Positions 10,479 through 19,772 of a stretch of DNA of 64,000 bases are shown piece after piece. The stretch lies in NCBI GenBank assembly GCA_963813025.1, contig CAWEXO010000009.1, positions 96,001 through 160,000 on the forward strand, given 5' to 3'. The first letter of the stretch is position 1. The number at the start of each line of letters is the position of its first letter. The notes beneath the pieces were generated by a model. That model saw only the letters and a list, made by a program, of their open reading frames with translations. It made no database searches and was not told the DNA's origin. Both the position numbers and the translations under genes were made by a program. This DNA comes from an uncultured Verrucomicrobiae bacterium (GTDB taxonomy: Bacteria; Verrucomicrobiota; Verrucomicrobiia; Chthoniobacterales; JAFAMB01).

Positions 10479-10809
10479 CTAGGGCGCCGTCTCATATATA
10501 ACGATGACGTCGCCGCAGGTCAGTTGGCTGTTTTTCAAGGCGGTCCGAGCCGGACTGGCAGTAGAAGCGTCCATTCTGGATTCATACGGATCGAGGTCCG
10601 AGTCGGACTGGCGGTAGCAACGCCGAAAAACAGCCGACTGGCCGCGGCCCAAAGGGTTGCGTTGAAAATGGGCCGGCGGCGTCGTTGCTCCTCGGTCACG
10701 TATCGCTTCAGATATGCTCCCTCCTACTGCCAGTCCGGCTCGGACCGCCTTGCCGGCGGCCCATTTTGAACGCAACGACATCATCGGTATATATGAGACG
10801 GTGCACTAG
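10479..10809. mobile_element. MITE-like element family A, full two-module copy (331 bp)
   Basis: Terminal inverted repeats CTAGGGCGCCGTCTCATATATA...TATATATGAGACGGTGCACTAG; two internal hairpin modules; no transposase. Confidence 0.85.
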
Positions 10810-10811
10810 TA

Positions 10812-11648
10812 CTAGGTCGAAATCTTACCTCGAATCTGCCTGGCTGCCTCGAGGAAAGAACGCAATTGTTTCTTATCTCCCGTTCCGAGCACGCCGGAAA
10901 GGCGTTCGAGCTGCGACACTAATGATTTTAGGGGAACCGCGAGTGCATCGCGATTAGTCATAAGGATTTCTGTCCAAAGGTCAGCTGAGCCGCCCGCTAC
11001 CCGCGTCAAATCCCGGAGCCCTGGACCCGCAAAGTCGAGGGCTTCCGGCGCGCAGGACCTGAGCGCCTCCAGCAGCGCGCCCGCCACCAGGTGGGGAAAA
11101 TGACTGATGGCGCCAACCACTTGGTCGTGCTCCTTAATCGGAAGCCGAACGGGCTTACTCCCAAGGTGTTTCCAGAACCGCTCGATCGTCGCGAGATCTC
11201 TTGGCGAGGAAACAAAGTCGGCCGAGACAATCGTGATAGAGTCCTGAAAAAGATTCGCTCGAGCGTAATCGGACCCGGAGCGCTCTGATCCGGCCATGGG
11301 ATGAGTCGGAATGTAAATGGCTCGTTCAATCAAAGCCGGCGCGAGAATTTTTGCTACGTGCCCTTTGACGCTCGCCAGATCCGATACGGTCGTCCCGGTA
11401 CGAACCGCTTGAGCGAGTTCTGATGCCAACCCAGCGAAAGCGGAAATTGGGATGGCAATAAGGAGCAGATCGGACACTTGCCCTAAGTCGCGCAGAGTTT
11501 CGGCACGGGTCGCTCCGGCGAAACGCGTGGATCGAACTTCCGCGAATGGTTCATAGAAACTCACCGGATAACCTGCTGCCTGTGCTGCAAGAGCAACCGA
11601 GCCACCCATCAAGCCAAGACCAACAACGCCGATGCGAACCTTTTTCAT
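10812..11648 (-). CDS. tyrA: Prephenate/arogenate dehydrogenase
   Basis: GLGLMGGS, DLASVK, HPMAGSE, HDQ...SHFPH, GPGLRDLTR. Confidence 0.93.
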   Translation of the reverse strand: MKKVRIGVVGLGLMGGSVALAAQAAGYPVSFYEPFAEVRSTRFAGATRAETLRDLGQVSDLLLIAIPISAFAGLASELAQAVRTGTTVSDLASVKGHVAKILAPALIERAIYIPTHPMAGSERSGSDYARANLFQDSITIVSADFVSSPRDLATIERFWKHLGSKPVRLPIKEHDQVVGAISHFPHLVAGALLEALRSCAPEALDFAGPGLRDLTRVAGGSADLWTEILMTNRDALAVPLKSLVSQLERLSGVLGTGDKKQLRSFLEAARQIRGKIST

Positions 11649-11771
11649 GCCCTTCCTGGCTAGGAACGCCGCTGCCTCGCGACATTGGAATGGGCCGTAC
11701 CAAACGCAGTAACCACCACCGAGGGAAAGCCACCTTCGCTCCCGCGTCCCAAACGACTCACTCGCACAAGG

Positions 11772-12182
11772 CTACGGTACTAAAAAGATCTTCCCAGTGT
11801 AAGGATCCCGCACTTCAGCACCGGGTGGATAGCCTTCAACATCAACTTCGCCCGCATTTGGCGCATAAGGACTGGTAACTCTTCCTGGCTTCCCCGGAAT
11901 CTTCGTCGCGACCGGATAATTTTGAGGTTGCGCCGGAGTAGGAGTTGCTGCCGGGTTCGGCACTTGGGAAACTTCGGGTGGGGTAGGAGTTGCCTCCGCA
12001 TCCGCAGACGGAGTTGGTCTCGGCTTCGGCTTGGGCTCAGGTAGCTGGCTCACCGGAGGGGTCGGAGTAGCAACGGGCGCCGCGCCGTACCCGTAGCGAT
12101 TGGTTCGACCTGACTGCGGCCCGGAGCAGGAGGCGAAAGCCAGGCCCGCGAGAACCGCGATGAGGAGATGGTGGCGAATCAT
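11772..12182 (-). CDS. Proline-rich lipoprotein with small C-terminal domain of unknown function
   Basis: Lipobox-like LAFASC, Pro/Thr linker, C-terminal [11 protein letters not shown]...[11 protein letters not shown]. Confidence 0.8.
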   Translation of the reverse strand: MIRHHLLIAVLAGLAFASCSGPQSGRTNRYGYGAAPVATPTPPVSQLPEPKPKPRPTPSADAEATPTPPEVSQVPNPAATPTPAQPQNYPVATKIPGKPGRVTSPYAPNAGEVDVEGYPPGAEVRDPYTGKIFLVP

Positions 12183-12244
12183 AAGAAAGGTAAGCTCACG
12201 ATTAGTGCATCCACTTTCGAATGACAAACCATTTCCGGCTGATC

Positions 12245-12850
12245 TCAGGGTCCTGTCCGTAGAAGCTGGATCAGCGCGCGCAGCCGCTGACAGATGTCTC
12301 CGATCTGTAAAAGACGTTGGCGTTCGGCTGGTTCGCCGACAAAAGCCGCGGCGATCACATCGCCCACAATCTCGGGTTCGTCGAGCCTTCGCAAATGATC
12401 TTTCAAATTCGACGGTAACGCGGCACCCACGCTCTGCAGATGCTGGCAGAGCTCCTTCACTTTCGCGGAAAGCGCGTATGCCTCAACTGAGTTTCCCGGC
12501 GATGTTTCCACCAGCTCGATTCTGGCGACCGGAAAAGGTTCCTGCTGAATCCAGCTTAGCAGACGGACTCGGGCCAAGCCCTGCAGGATCAGGTTGGAAG
12601 TCCCATTTTCATTGCCAACACATGCCCGGATAAGGCCCATCCCAGCGATCGGATAGAGGTCCCCAATCTCGTTTGCCTCTCCTTTGCCTGGCCTGAGCAG
12701 GGCGACCGAAAACATCCTCTCGCCGTGTAAGCTGAATTCAAGCATCCGGCGATAACGGAGTTCGAAGATATGCAAGGGGAGCAACGAGTGTGGAAACAGG
12801 ACGGCGTTCGGCAGCGCCATGATTGGTGCTTCTCGCGGGATGTTGATCAC
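12245..12850 (-). CDS. LON peptidase substrate-binding domain protein
   Basis: [25 protein letters not shown]; no AAA+ or protease domain. Confidence 0.9.
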   Translation of the reverse strand: MINIPREAPIMALPNAVLFPHSLLPLHIFELRYRRMLEFSLHGERMFSVALLRPGKGEANEIGDLYPIAGMGLIRACVGNENGTSNLILQGLARVRLLSWIQQEPFPVARIELVETSPGNSVEAYALSAKVKELCQHLQSVGAALPSNLKDHLRRLDEPEIVGDVIAAAFVGEPAERQRLLQIGDICQRLRALIQLLRTGP

Positions 12851-12983
12851 TTCTATCTAATAACGTCGTTCAAGCTTCTCAGGTCGCGAATAAATGGCGC
12901 TCGTTGGTCTAAAGTGCGGCCTCGCTGGAGCAAAAGTAGCACCATGCGCTCCGCGTCTCGATCGATCCGGTTGAAGCGCCGGA

Positions 12984-14198
12984 CTACTTCCGGAGGTACT
13001 TCGTAAGCTGGTCGACATCTTTGTCCCCGCGTCCTGAGAGATTGACCACGACGATCGTCTCCTTGTCCCATTCCGGTGCGTGTTTTCGGACGTAGGCCAG
13101 AGCGTGAGTAGACTCGAGCGCCGGTAAGATGCCCTCCGTACGAGCTAACTCGAAAAACGCGTCCACCACCTCATCATCGGTCGCAAAGTCGTACTGCACG
13201 CGGCCGCGGTCATGTAGATAACTGTGCTCAGGCCCGACCGCGGCATAGTCCAATCCCGCTGAAATCGAATGGGTAGGCTGGATTTGGCCATCCTCGTCAG
13301 CCAGCAAAAACGTCCTGGCGCCCTGCAGGACGCCGAGACGTCCCCCCTGGAACCGAGCGGCGTGCTCGCCTGGACGCAGTCCTCGGCCACCTGCTTCAAC
13401 ACCCACCATGCGAACCTCGGCGTCCTGCAGAAAAGGATAAAACAGACCAATCGCGTTGCTGCCTCCGCCCACGCAGGCCACCAGGAGATCGGGCAAGCGC
13501 CCTTCCGCCGCCAGGATCTGCCGGCGCGCTTCCTCGCCGATAACCCGATGAAACTCCCGAACCAGCAACGGATAAGGATGCGGTCCGTAGACTGTCCCTA
13601 ACAGATAGTGCGTCGTCCGCACGTTGGTCACCCAATCGCGCATCGCCTCATTCACTGCCTCTTTCAGAGTTGCCTGTCCTGCGGTGACCGGGACAACTTT
13701 TGCTCCCAGAAACTCCATGCGAGCGACATTCACCGCCTGCCGCTCCATATCGACTTTGCCCATGTAGATCACGCATTCACAGCCAAACCGCGCCGCCACG
13801 GTGGCGGTGGCGACTCCGTGCTGGCCCGCACCTGTTTCGGCAATAATCCTTTTTTTCCCCATGCGTTTGGCCAAAAGGATCTGACCGATCGCGTTATTGA
13901 TTTTGTGCGCGCCAGTATGCAGCAAATCCTCTCGCTTGAGGTAGATTCGGGGCCCTCCCAGACGGCCGGTGAGTTGTTCAGCAAAATAGAGCGGCGTGGG
14001 ACGACCGCAGTAATCGCCCAAAAGACGGTGATATTCTGCGCAAAATGCCGGATCGACGCGCGCGCTCTCGAACTCTTCACGCAATTGCTGGACCGCCGGC
14101 ATCAGAGTCTCAGGCACGAAAACGCCTCCGTAGGGACCGAAACGGCCATGGGCGTCCGGCACGGCAGAGATCTCCGCTTCTGCGTTCGAGGTGATCAT
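12984..14198 (-). CDS. trpB: Tryptophan synthase beta chain
   Basis: [39 protein letters not shown]. Confidence 0.98.
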   Translation of the reverse strand: MITSNAEAEISAVPDAHGRFGPYGGVFVPETLMPAVQQLREEFESARVDPAFCAEYHRLLGDYCGRPTPLYFAEQLTGRLGGPRIYLKREDLLHTGAHKINNAIGQILLAKRMGKKRIIAETGAGQHGVATATVAARFGCECVIYMGKVDMERQAVNVARMEFLGAKVVPVTAGQATLKEAVNEAMRDWVTNVRTTHYLLGTVYGPHPYPLLVREFHRVIGEEARRQILAAEGRLPDLLVACVGGGSNAIGLFYPFLQDAEVRMVGVEAGGRGLRPGEHAARFQGGRLGVLQGARTFLLADEDGQIQPTHSISAGLDYAAVGPEHSYLHDRGRVQYDFATDDEVVDAFFELARTEGILPALESTHALAYVRKHAPEWDKETIVVVNLSGRGDKDVDQLTKYLRK

Positions 14199-14229
14199 CT
14201 TCTCAAAGAAACAGGAGACCGATCAGGAA

Positions 14230-15227
14230 TCAAACGCCCTTCGCCAGAATCTCTAGAATCGCTCGACGATGCGGGGAGGGCATCGGCAAAGCGGCGACTC
14301 TATCGACCGGGTGCCAAGTCGTTGAGACGAGAGATTTGGGAACCCCGGTAAGGGAATAGACTCGGGCTTCGACCAGAAAACGGGTGATGGGATAGCGAAA
14401 AACCGCGATTGGCTGATGGCCGGCGAAGGTCTCGGCGGCGGGCGGCATGGTCCACAGGCCGTTCCAGCGCCGTCCGGTCTGTTGTTGGAGCAAGAGACGC
14501 CCTCTTCGACAGATCCAGGAATAGTTCTCCGTGACCCGATGAACCTTTGGACGGCGCTTTTTGCGCGGCAGCGCGGTTGGGTCGGATGCGCGACAAAAAC
14601 GCTGGACCGGACACGCCACGCAGACGGGGGCGCGCGGGGTGCAAACAAGGGCACCAAGCTCCATCAAAGCGGCGTTAAAAGCCCAGGGCGTTCGGTTCGA
14701 CAGAGCTTCTCCGCCCAGCGCCAAAGCAATCTTTTCCCTTCGCTCGAATCAATCGGCTCCGAAAAATCGAACAAGCGAGAAAGCACCCGCGCGATATTCG
14801 CGTCGACAATTGGGACGGGTTTGTCAAAAGCGAAACTCGCGATCGCGCCCGCCGTGTACTGGCCAATCCCGGGCAGTTTTTGCAATGCGTCCACATCCTG
14901 GGGGAAAGACCCCTCGTACTTGCTGACCAGCGTCTTCGCGCATTGATGGAGCTTTTGGGCTCGTTGATAATAGCCAAGTCCTTGCCAGGAACACAGCACC
15001 TCCGGCAGAGGTGCCGCGGCCAGCGATTGCATCGTGGGATAACGCCTGATCCAGCGCTGAAAATACCCAAGCACGGTCTGAACCTGCGTTTGCTGGAGCA
15101 TCAACTCGGACACCAGCACGAGGTAGGGGTCATGGGTTTGGCGCCAAGGTAAGGCGCGACCGCGCTCCTGAAACCAGGAAACAAGCGTCCTCCGAAACTC
15201 CGTGCTTTCGATTGCCAATTGCTCCAT
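14230..15227 (-). CDS. mutY: A/G-specific adenine glycosylase, frameshifted near 14700
   Basis: LPWRQT, SELMLQQT, WQGLGYY and LPGIGQYTA in 14664-15227; ALMELGALVC...C..C...C (Fe-S motif) and NUDIX-like tail continue in 14230-14724. Confidence 0.9.
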
Positions 15228-15236
15228 CGTTCGAGA

Positions 15237-16178
15237 GTGAATTCCTATACCGTCGTTCTGAGCCTCGCGCAGGTCGACGCTCTTCGCGACCTGCTCACCG
15301 GGCAAGGCTTCGATCTGAGTGATCGGCCTTACATGATCTTTTTCGCCCAGAAAGGCAAGCTATCGATTTCCGTCTACGCGAAAGGGCCGAAGGTAGTCAT
15401 TCAAGGCAAGGAGACGGAAGATTTCGTCCGATACTCTTTAGAACCTTTAATTCTGAAGGAAGCGCGGCTTGGCTATGAGGAGGTGCTCGACCCGGAGATA
15501 TTCCAACCACATTTCGGCATCGATGAGAGCGGCAAAGGAGACTTCTTTGGGCCGCTCGTTATAGCGGGAGTCTACGTTGATAGCGCTATCGCGCGCAGCT
15601 TCCTCGACCAAGGCATCATGGACAGCAAACGTATCTCGTCCGACGCGCGCATCCGGCAGTTGGCTGAGGTCATTCGGAAAACTCCCGGCGTCCTCGCGGA
15701 CGTGGTGATGATCGGCCCGGAACGATACAATCAGCTTTACGCGCGCTTTGCTAATCTGAACGACCTGCTTGGCTGGGGTCACGCCCGAGTGATTGAGAAT
15801 CTGCTTCGGTCCAAACCGGATTGTCGAAGATCGCTGTCCGACAAATTTGCCAATGAATCTGTAGTCAGAAAATCGTTGATGAAACTCGGTCAGACCATCC
15901 AGGTCGATCAGCGGACAAAAGCCGAAGCCGATCCGGCGGTGGCCGCTGCTTCGATTCTCGCGAGAGAAAGGTTTATTCTCTGGCTAGAGCGTCAGGGGCG
16001 GCAGCTGAGCATTCCATTGCCCAGAGGGGTTTCGGAAATAGTGAAGACAGCCGCTCGGGAGATCGTTGAGAAAGTCGGTCCCGAGGGCCTCAGCAAGGTG
16101 GCCAAAATGCATTTCAAAACCGCGGGGGAAATCCTTGCCGGGAAAAGAGCCTTGCCCGCCTCCGGTTCTTGCGGTTAG
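15237..16178 (+). CDS. rnhC: Ribonuclease HIII
   Basis: N-terminal TBP-like domain, GIDESGKGDFFGPL, DSK, VAAASILAR, KMHFKT. Confidence 0.93.
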   Translation: MNSYTVVLSLAQVDALRDLLTGQGFDLSDRPYMIFFAQKGKLSISVYAKGPKVVIQGKETEDFVRYSLEPLILKEARLGYEEVLDPEIFQPHFGIDESGKGDFFGPLVIAGVYVDSAIARSFLDQGIMDSKRISSDARIRQLAEVIRKTPGVLADVVMIGPERYNQLYARFANLNDLLGWGHARVIENLLRSKPDCRRSLSDKFANESVVRKSLMKLGQTIQVDQRTKAEADPAVAAASILARERFILWLERQGRQLSIPLPRGVSEIVKTAAREIVEKVGPEGLSKVAKMHFKTAGEILAGKRALPASGSCG

Positions 16179-16279
16179 TTCGGAAGGTTCTCAGCGATGG
16201 CGACTTGCGCTCATCAAGTTGACGGTTTTAATCGGCAACCAGAAGTGCCAGGAACGATCGAAATCTCGAAAGGAGTCTC

Positions 16280-16612
16280 ATGGCCAATCTGACGAAACGG
16301 GATATCGTCGTGAAGATCAGTAACGATACCGGCTTAATTCAACAGCAGGTCTTCGACGTGGTGCAGCGCACGCTTGACCTCATCGCCGATGCCTTGGGCC
16401 GGGGCGAAGATGTCGAACTGCGTAACTTCGGTATCTTTGAAGTTAAGCTGACCAAAGAGCGTGTGGGCCGAAACCCGAACCAGCCAGGCAGCAGTTTCAA
16501 AATCCCTTCTCGCGCCGTTGTGAAATTCAAGGCGGGAAAAATCATGCGTCAGAAGGTGTCCAAACTTTCTCCGGCACTTCGACAAGCCGGGGGTCTGAAA
16601 GCTTATAAGTAA
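16280..16612 (+). CDS. HU/IHF family DNA-binding protein
   Basis: VELRNFGIF, GRNP, VVKFKAGK. Confidence 0.93.
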   Translation: MANLTKRDIVVKISNDTGLIQQQVFDVVQRTLDLIADALGRGEDVELRNFGIFEVKLTKERVGRNPNQPGSSFKIPSRAVVKFKAGKIMRQKVSKLSPALRQAGGLKAYK

Positions 16613-16624
16613 CCGGCAACGGTG

Positions 16625-16990
16625 TCACTTGGGCGGCTGATCACGTGCTTCCAGAGGTCGAAGGCGGAATTTTTCGAAGTGGTCGATGAGCCGCATTTTT
16701 GGCCGTCTTTTTTTCTCCAGGCGAAGACGCTCGGAGGTAACCTCGTGTCGGGTCTTCTGCTGTTTTCGCGCCTCCAGTTCTTCGACCAGCGATCTCCTGG
16801 CAAAAAAACGATTAAGCGACTGGCTGCGTTCACGGCAGCAACGCGCGCGAACATCGGTAGGACGATGGCAAAGGACAACTCCGCCACCCCGCAAGAACGT
16901 TTCGTCGAGATCTCTTTCCCGACAGCCGGTGGCGTCCATCCGGGCTTGTAGTTCCTTTGCTTTCCGCGCCGAAACTGGGTAGGCAGGCAA
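16625..16990 (-). CDS. Peptide chain release factor-like protein (RF-1 domain, ArfB/MTRFR-like) lacking the GGQ loop
   Basis: DLDETFLRGGG-VVLCHRPTDVRARCCRERSQSLNRFFARRSL plus basic C-terminal tail; TTG start at 16990 inferred. Confidence 0.75.
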   Translation of the reverse strand: MPAYPVSARKAKELQARMDATGCRERDLDETFLRGGGVVLCHRPTDVRARCCRERSQSLNRFFARRSLVEELEARKQQKTRHEVTSERLRLEKKRRPKMRLIDHFEKFRLRPLEARDQPPK

Positions 16991-17006
16991 AACGGTTGTA
17001 ACTGAG

Positions 17007-17070
17007 CAGCGGAAGAGGTGAGAGTCAACCAAGCGTCCCTGTCCTTGGTTGACTCTCACCTCTTCCGCTG
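17007..17070. repeat. Perfect 27-bp inverted repeat with 10-nt loop in a divergent intergenic region
   Basis: CAGCGGAAGAGGTGAGAGTCAACCAAG (17007-17033) / CTTGGTTGACTCTCACCTCTTCCGCTG (17044-17070). Confidence 0.95.
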
Positions 17071-17111
17071 AGCAGTTGCGTTCAGGGTTCTCAAAGTAGA
17101 TCATACAACCC

Positions 17112-18618
17112 ATGGCTGCCGAACTGTTAACCACGAATCGGAAAGCTCTCACGATCAATCTCGACGAAGCAAAGTATGGCACCTTTGCCGAGATCGGTGC
17201 TGGGCAGGAAGTTGCTCGCCAATTCTTTCAGGCGGGAGGGGCCGCGGGAACGGTCGCAAAGACCATCTCGGCTTACGACATGAAGTTCAGCGACGAGATC
17301 TACGGAAAATCGGCCCGCTATGTCTCGCGCGAACGGTTAAACATGATGTTGGACCACGAGTACGGATTACTCATCGAGCGCCTGCGTGACGTGCGGGGTG
17401 ATCGATCCCACTTTTTCGCATTCGCCGATACCGTTTCGGCGCGGAACTATCGCGGCAACAACGAATGTCACGGTTGGTTAGGCATGCGTTTTCAAACAGC
17501 GCCCAATACGCCGCCGAGCGACGTCATCCTCCACGTCCGGATGTGGGACAAAGAAAATATTCTTCAACAACAGGCTCTCGGCATCATCGGAGTAAACCTC
17601 ATGTATGGCGGGTTCTATTTCCTGGAGGATCCCGATAAGTTGATCAGTTCGCTCGCTGACAATCTCACGATCGACCGGATCGAGGTCGACATGATCAATT
17701 TTGCCGGACCGCTTTTTTCGCAGGTCGATAACCGGCTGATGAGTCTGAAACTGGTTGAACTTCGGCCTGACCAACGCGGTCATGTTCAGCCCGCAAGGTG
17801 AAGTCTTGCAGCCCTCGGAGGTCCTGTACAAAAAGGCGATTCTGGTTGAGCGCGGCAGTTTTCGGCCGGTTACCTTGGTAAACCAGGACATGCTGCAATG
17901 TGCGCTGGCGCAATTTCTGCAGGAGCCGGTATTGCAGGGGAGCGACATCGTTGTCCTTATGGAGATAACTATGCACAACCTGCTCGCGTCTGGGAAAGTG
18001 GACCATGAGGACTTTCTCGCCCGGGTCGATACTCTGGCCGCCATCGGAAACAACGTCTTGATTTCCAATTACATGGAGTTTTACCGGCTCACCTCCTACT
18101 TCCGTCGATACACCAAACAAATGATCGGGGTCGCCATGGGGATTAACAATCTCCTGGAGGTCTTCAACGAGAAGTACTACGAGAATCTCGAGGGAGGCAT
18201 CCTCGAATCGTTTGGCCGATTACTTAAAAACGAGACCAAACTGTATATCTATCCGATGCGCAAAGCGGCCTATGACCGCTATTGTCAGTCGGCGGAAGCT
18301 CCCCGTCCGACTCCATCCGGGCGGAGTTCCGCTCATGCCCTGGCGACGGAGGTATGGATCAACGCGAACAATCTCCAAGTCGAAGTGCATCTTCGGAACT
18401 TGTACGCTCATCTCTTAGAGAATCATTACATCGCTCCCATGGTCGGATATGATCCGTCCACCATGGACATCTTTTCGCGCGATGTACTTGCGAAGATTCA
18501 GCGAGATGAATCCGGCTGGGAAAAAACGGTTCCTGAACGCGTCGCCGCCATCATCAAAGAGCGGCAGCTTTTTGGGTATCGTAAACCGGAACCGGCAGAG
18601 TTGCATCCGGTCGGCTGA
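17112..18618 (+). CDS. Conserved protein with PncC/CinA-like N-terminus and nucleotidyltransferase-like C-terminus; frameshift near 17760
   Basis: YGTFAEIGAGQEVAR...GGAAGTVAKTISAYDM; ERGSFRPVT; WEKTVPERVAAIIKERQLFGY; two overlapping ORFs (17112-17801, 17755-18618) join by one base. Confidence 0.75.
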
Positions 18619-18727
18619 GCGGTTGACATTATCTCGGAAATAGGGTCCTTACCGGGCAACCTCATGGACGGTGGTGCCTGAGGTCCCCCCTCTCGAAGCT
18701 GTGGCAGCTCCAACCGACATAGCCCTG

Positions 18728-19435
18728 ATGAATCCGTTGGAGCAGCGGATCGGTTACAAGTTTCGGAACTCGTTGCTGCTCGCGGAGGCTTTGACCCATC
18801 CAAGTCTCGGCCATGAGACCCAGCGGCATCACTTTGATAATCAACGGCTCGAGTTTTTGGGCGACGCAGTACTCCAATTAATCTTCACGGAGCATCTGTT
18901 CCGGCTTTTTCCGCACTTTAGTGAAGGGCAGCTGACGAAGCTTCGGTCCCGGCTGGTTTCGCGAGAAGGTTTAAAAATTCACGCCATCAACATCGGGCTC
19001 GGCACGTATCTGATGATGGGCCGGGGAGAGGAAGCGAGCGGGGGACGTCAGCGCGCCTCAATCCTTGCCGACGCCTTTGAAGCGCTGATCGGGGCGATGT
19101 ATCTGGATAGCGATCTGGAAGTCGTTCGCCAATTCATCATGGAAGAGGCGCAGGAAGATATTCAGCGCCTTGCCCTCCAGCCTCTCGAGATCAATCCGAA
19201 AGGCCAATTGCAGGAGCTGCTGCAAGCGATTTCTCCGAAAAGTCCGGTCTACGAGATCGTCTCGCAGGCCGGCCCCGAGCACCAAAAAATGTTTGTCGCC
19301 AAGGTCATCTGGGACGGCCTCGAGCTCGGATCCGGTCATGGCTCCAGCAAAAAACAAGCGGAAACCGCCGCCGCTCTTTCGGCGCTGAACGCGCGTCTTT
19401 GGGATACCAACGCACCTCCTGAAGTAGCGGGTTGA
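18728..19435 (+). CDS. rnc: Ribonuclease III
   Basis: NQRLEFLGDAVL, LADAFEALIGA, dsRBD (NPKGQLQE...GSSKKQAE). Confidence 0.97.
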   Translation: MNPLEQRIGYKFRNSLLLAEALTHPSLGHETQRHHFDNQRLEFLGDAVLQLIFTEHLFRLFPHFSEGQLTKLRSRLVSREGLKIHAINIGLGTYLMMGRGEEASGGRQRASILADAFEALIGAMYLDSDLEVVRQFIMEEAQEDIQRLALQPLEINPKGQLQELLQAISPKSPVYEIVSQAGPEHQKMFVAKVIWDGLELGSGHGSSKKQAETAAALSALNARLWDTNAPPEVAG

Positions 19436-19503
19436 GGGGCTTGAGCGAGTCGCTCGCGTGAGCAGGGACGCAGGCGGATGGCCTCGTCAGACTCTATGCG
19501 AGC

Positions 19504-19698
19504 TGAGCGGCCGGCGTAGCGCAGACGGCCTCGTCCGTAATCTGGTGGCACTGGCAGCACGCTGCGATGTCCGTTTGACTCCGATGATACCGGCAGTGCG
19601 GAATGCTTTGGTGTGTCCGGGCACCCGCTCACAAGATTAACGGACGAGGCCGCGTCTGTCGACAGGCCCAAGGCCGTTCGCGCTACGCCGGCCGCTCA
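19504..19698. repeat. Long imperfect palindrome (rod-like hairpin) between rnc and parB
   Basis: Perfect 19-bp IR TGAGCGGCCGGCGTAGCGC / GCGCTACGCCGGCCGCTCA, plus inner IR 19522-19543 / 19634-19658. Confidence 0.8.
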
Positions 19699-19772
19699 AG
19701 CTTTCGCCGCGCCGCTCAGGCCGCTCTAATCCGTTGCGTTCCGGAGGCCAGTTCGTTAGTTTCAGTCTTTCT

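Noticed and set aside
10395..10957. ORFs overlapping the MITE (similar ones at 1664-1867, 23318-23593 and 54938-55478)
   Set aside because: Recurrent peptides such as SPARTAL and RCSSVTYRF are translations of the repeat, not genes
12853..12945. Small ORF between trpB and the LON-domain gene
   Set aside because: 30 aa with no Trp codons or recognisable motif; no support as a gene or leader peptide
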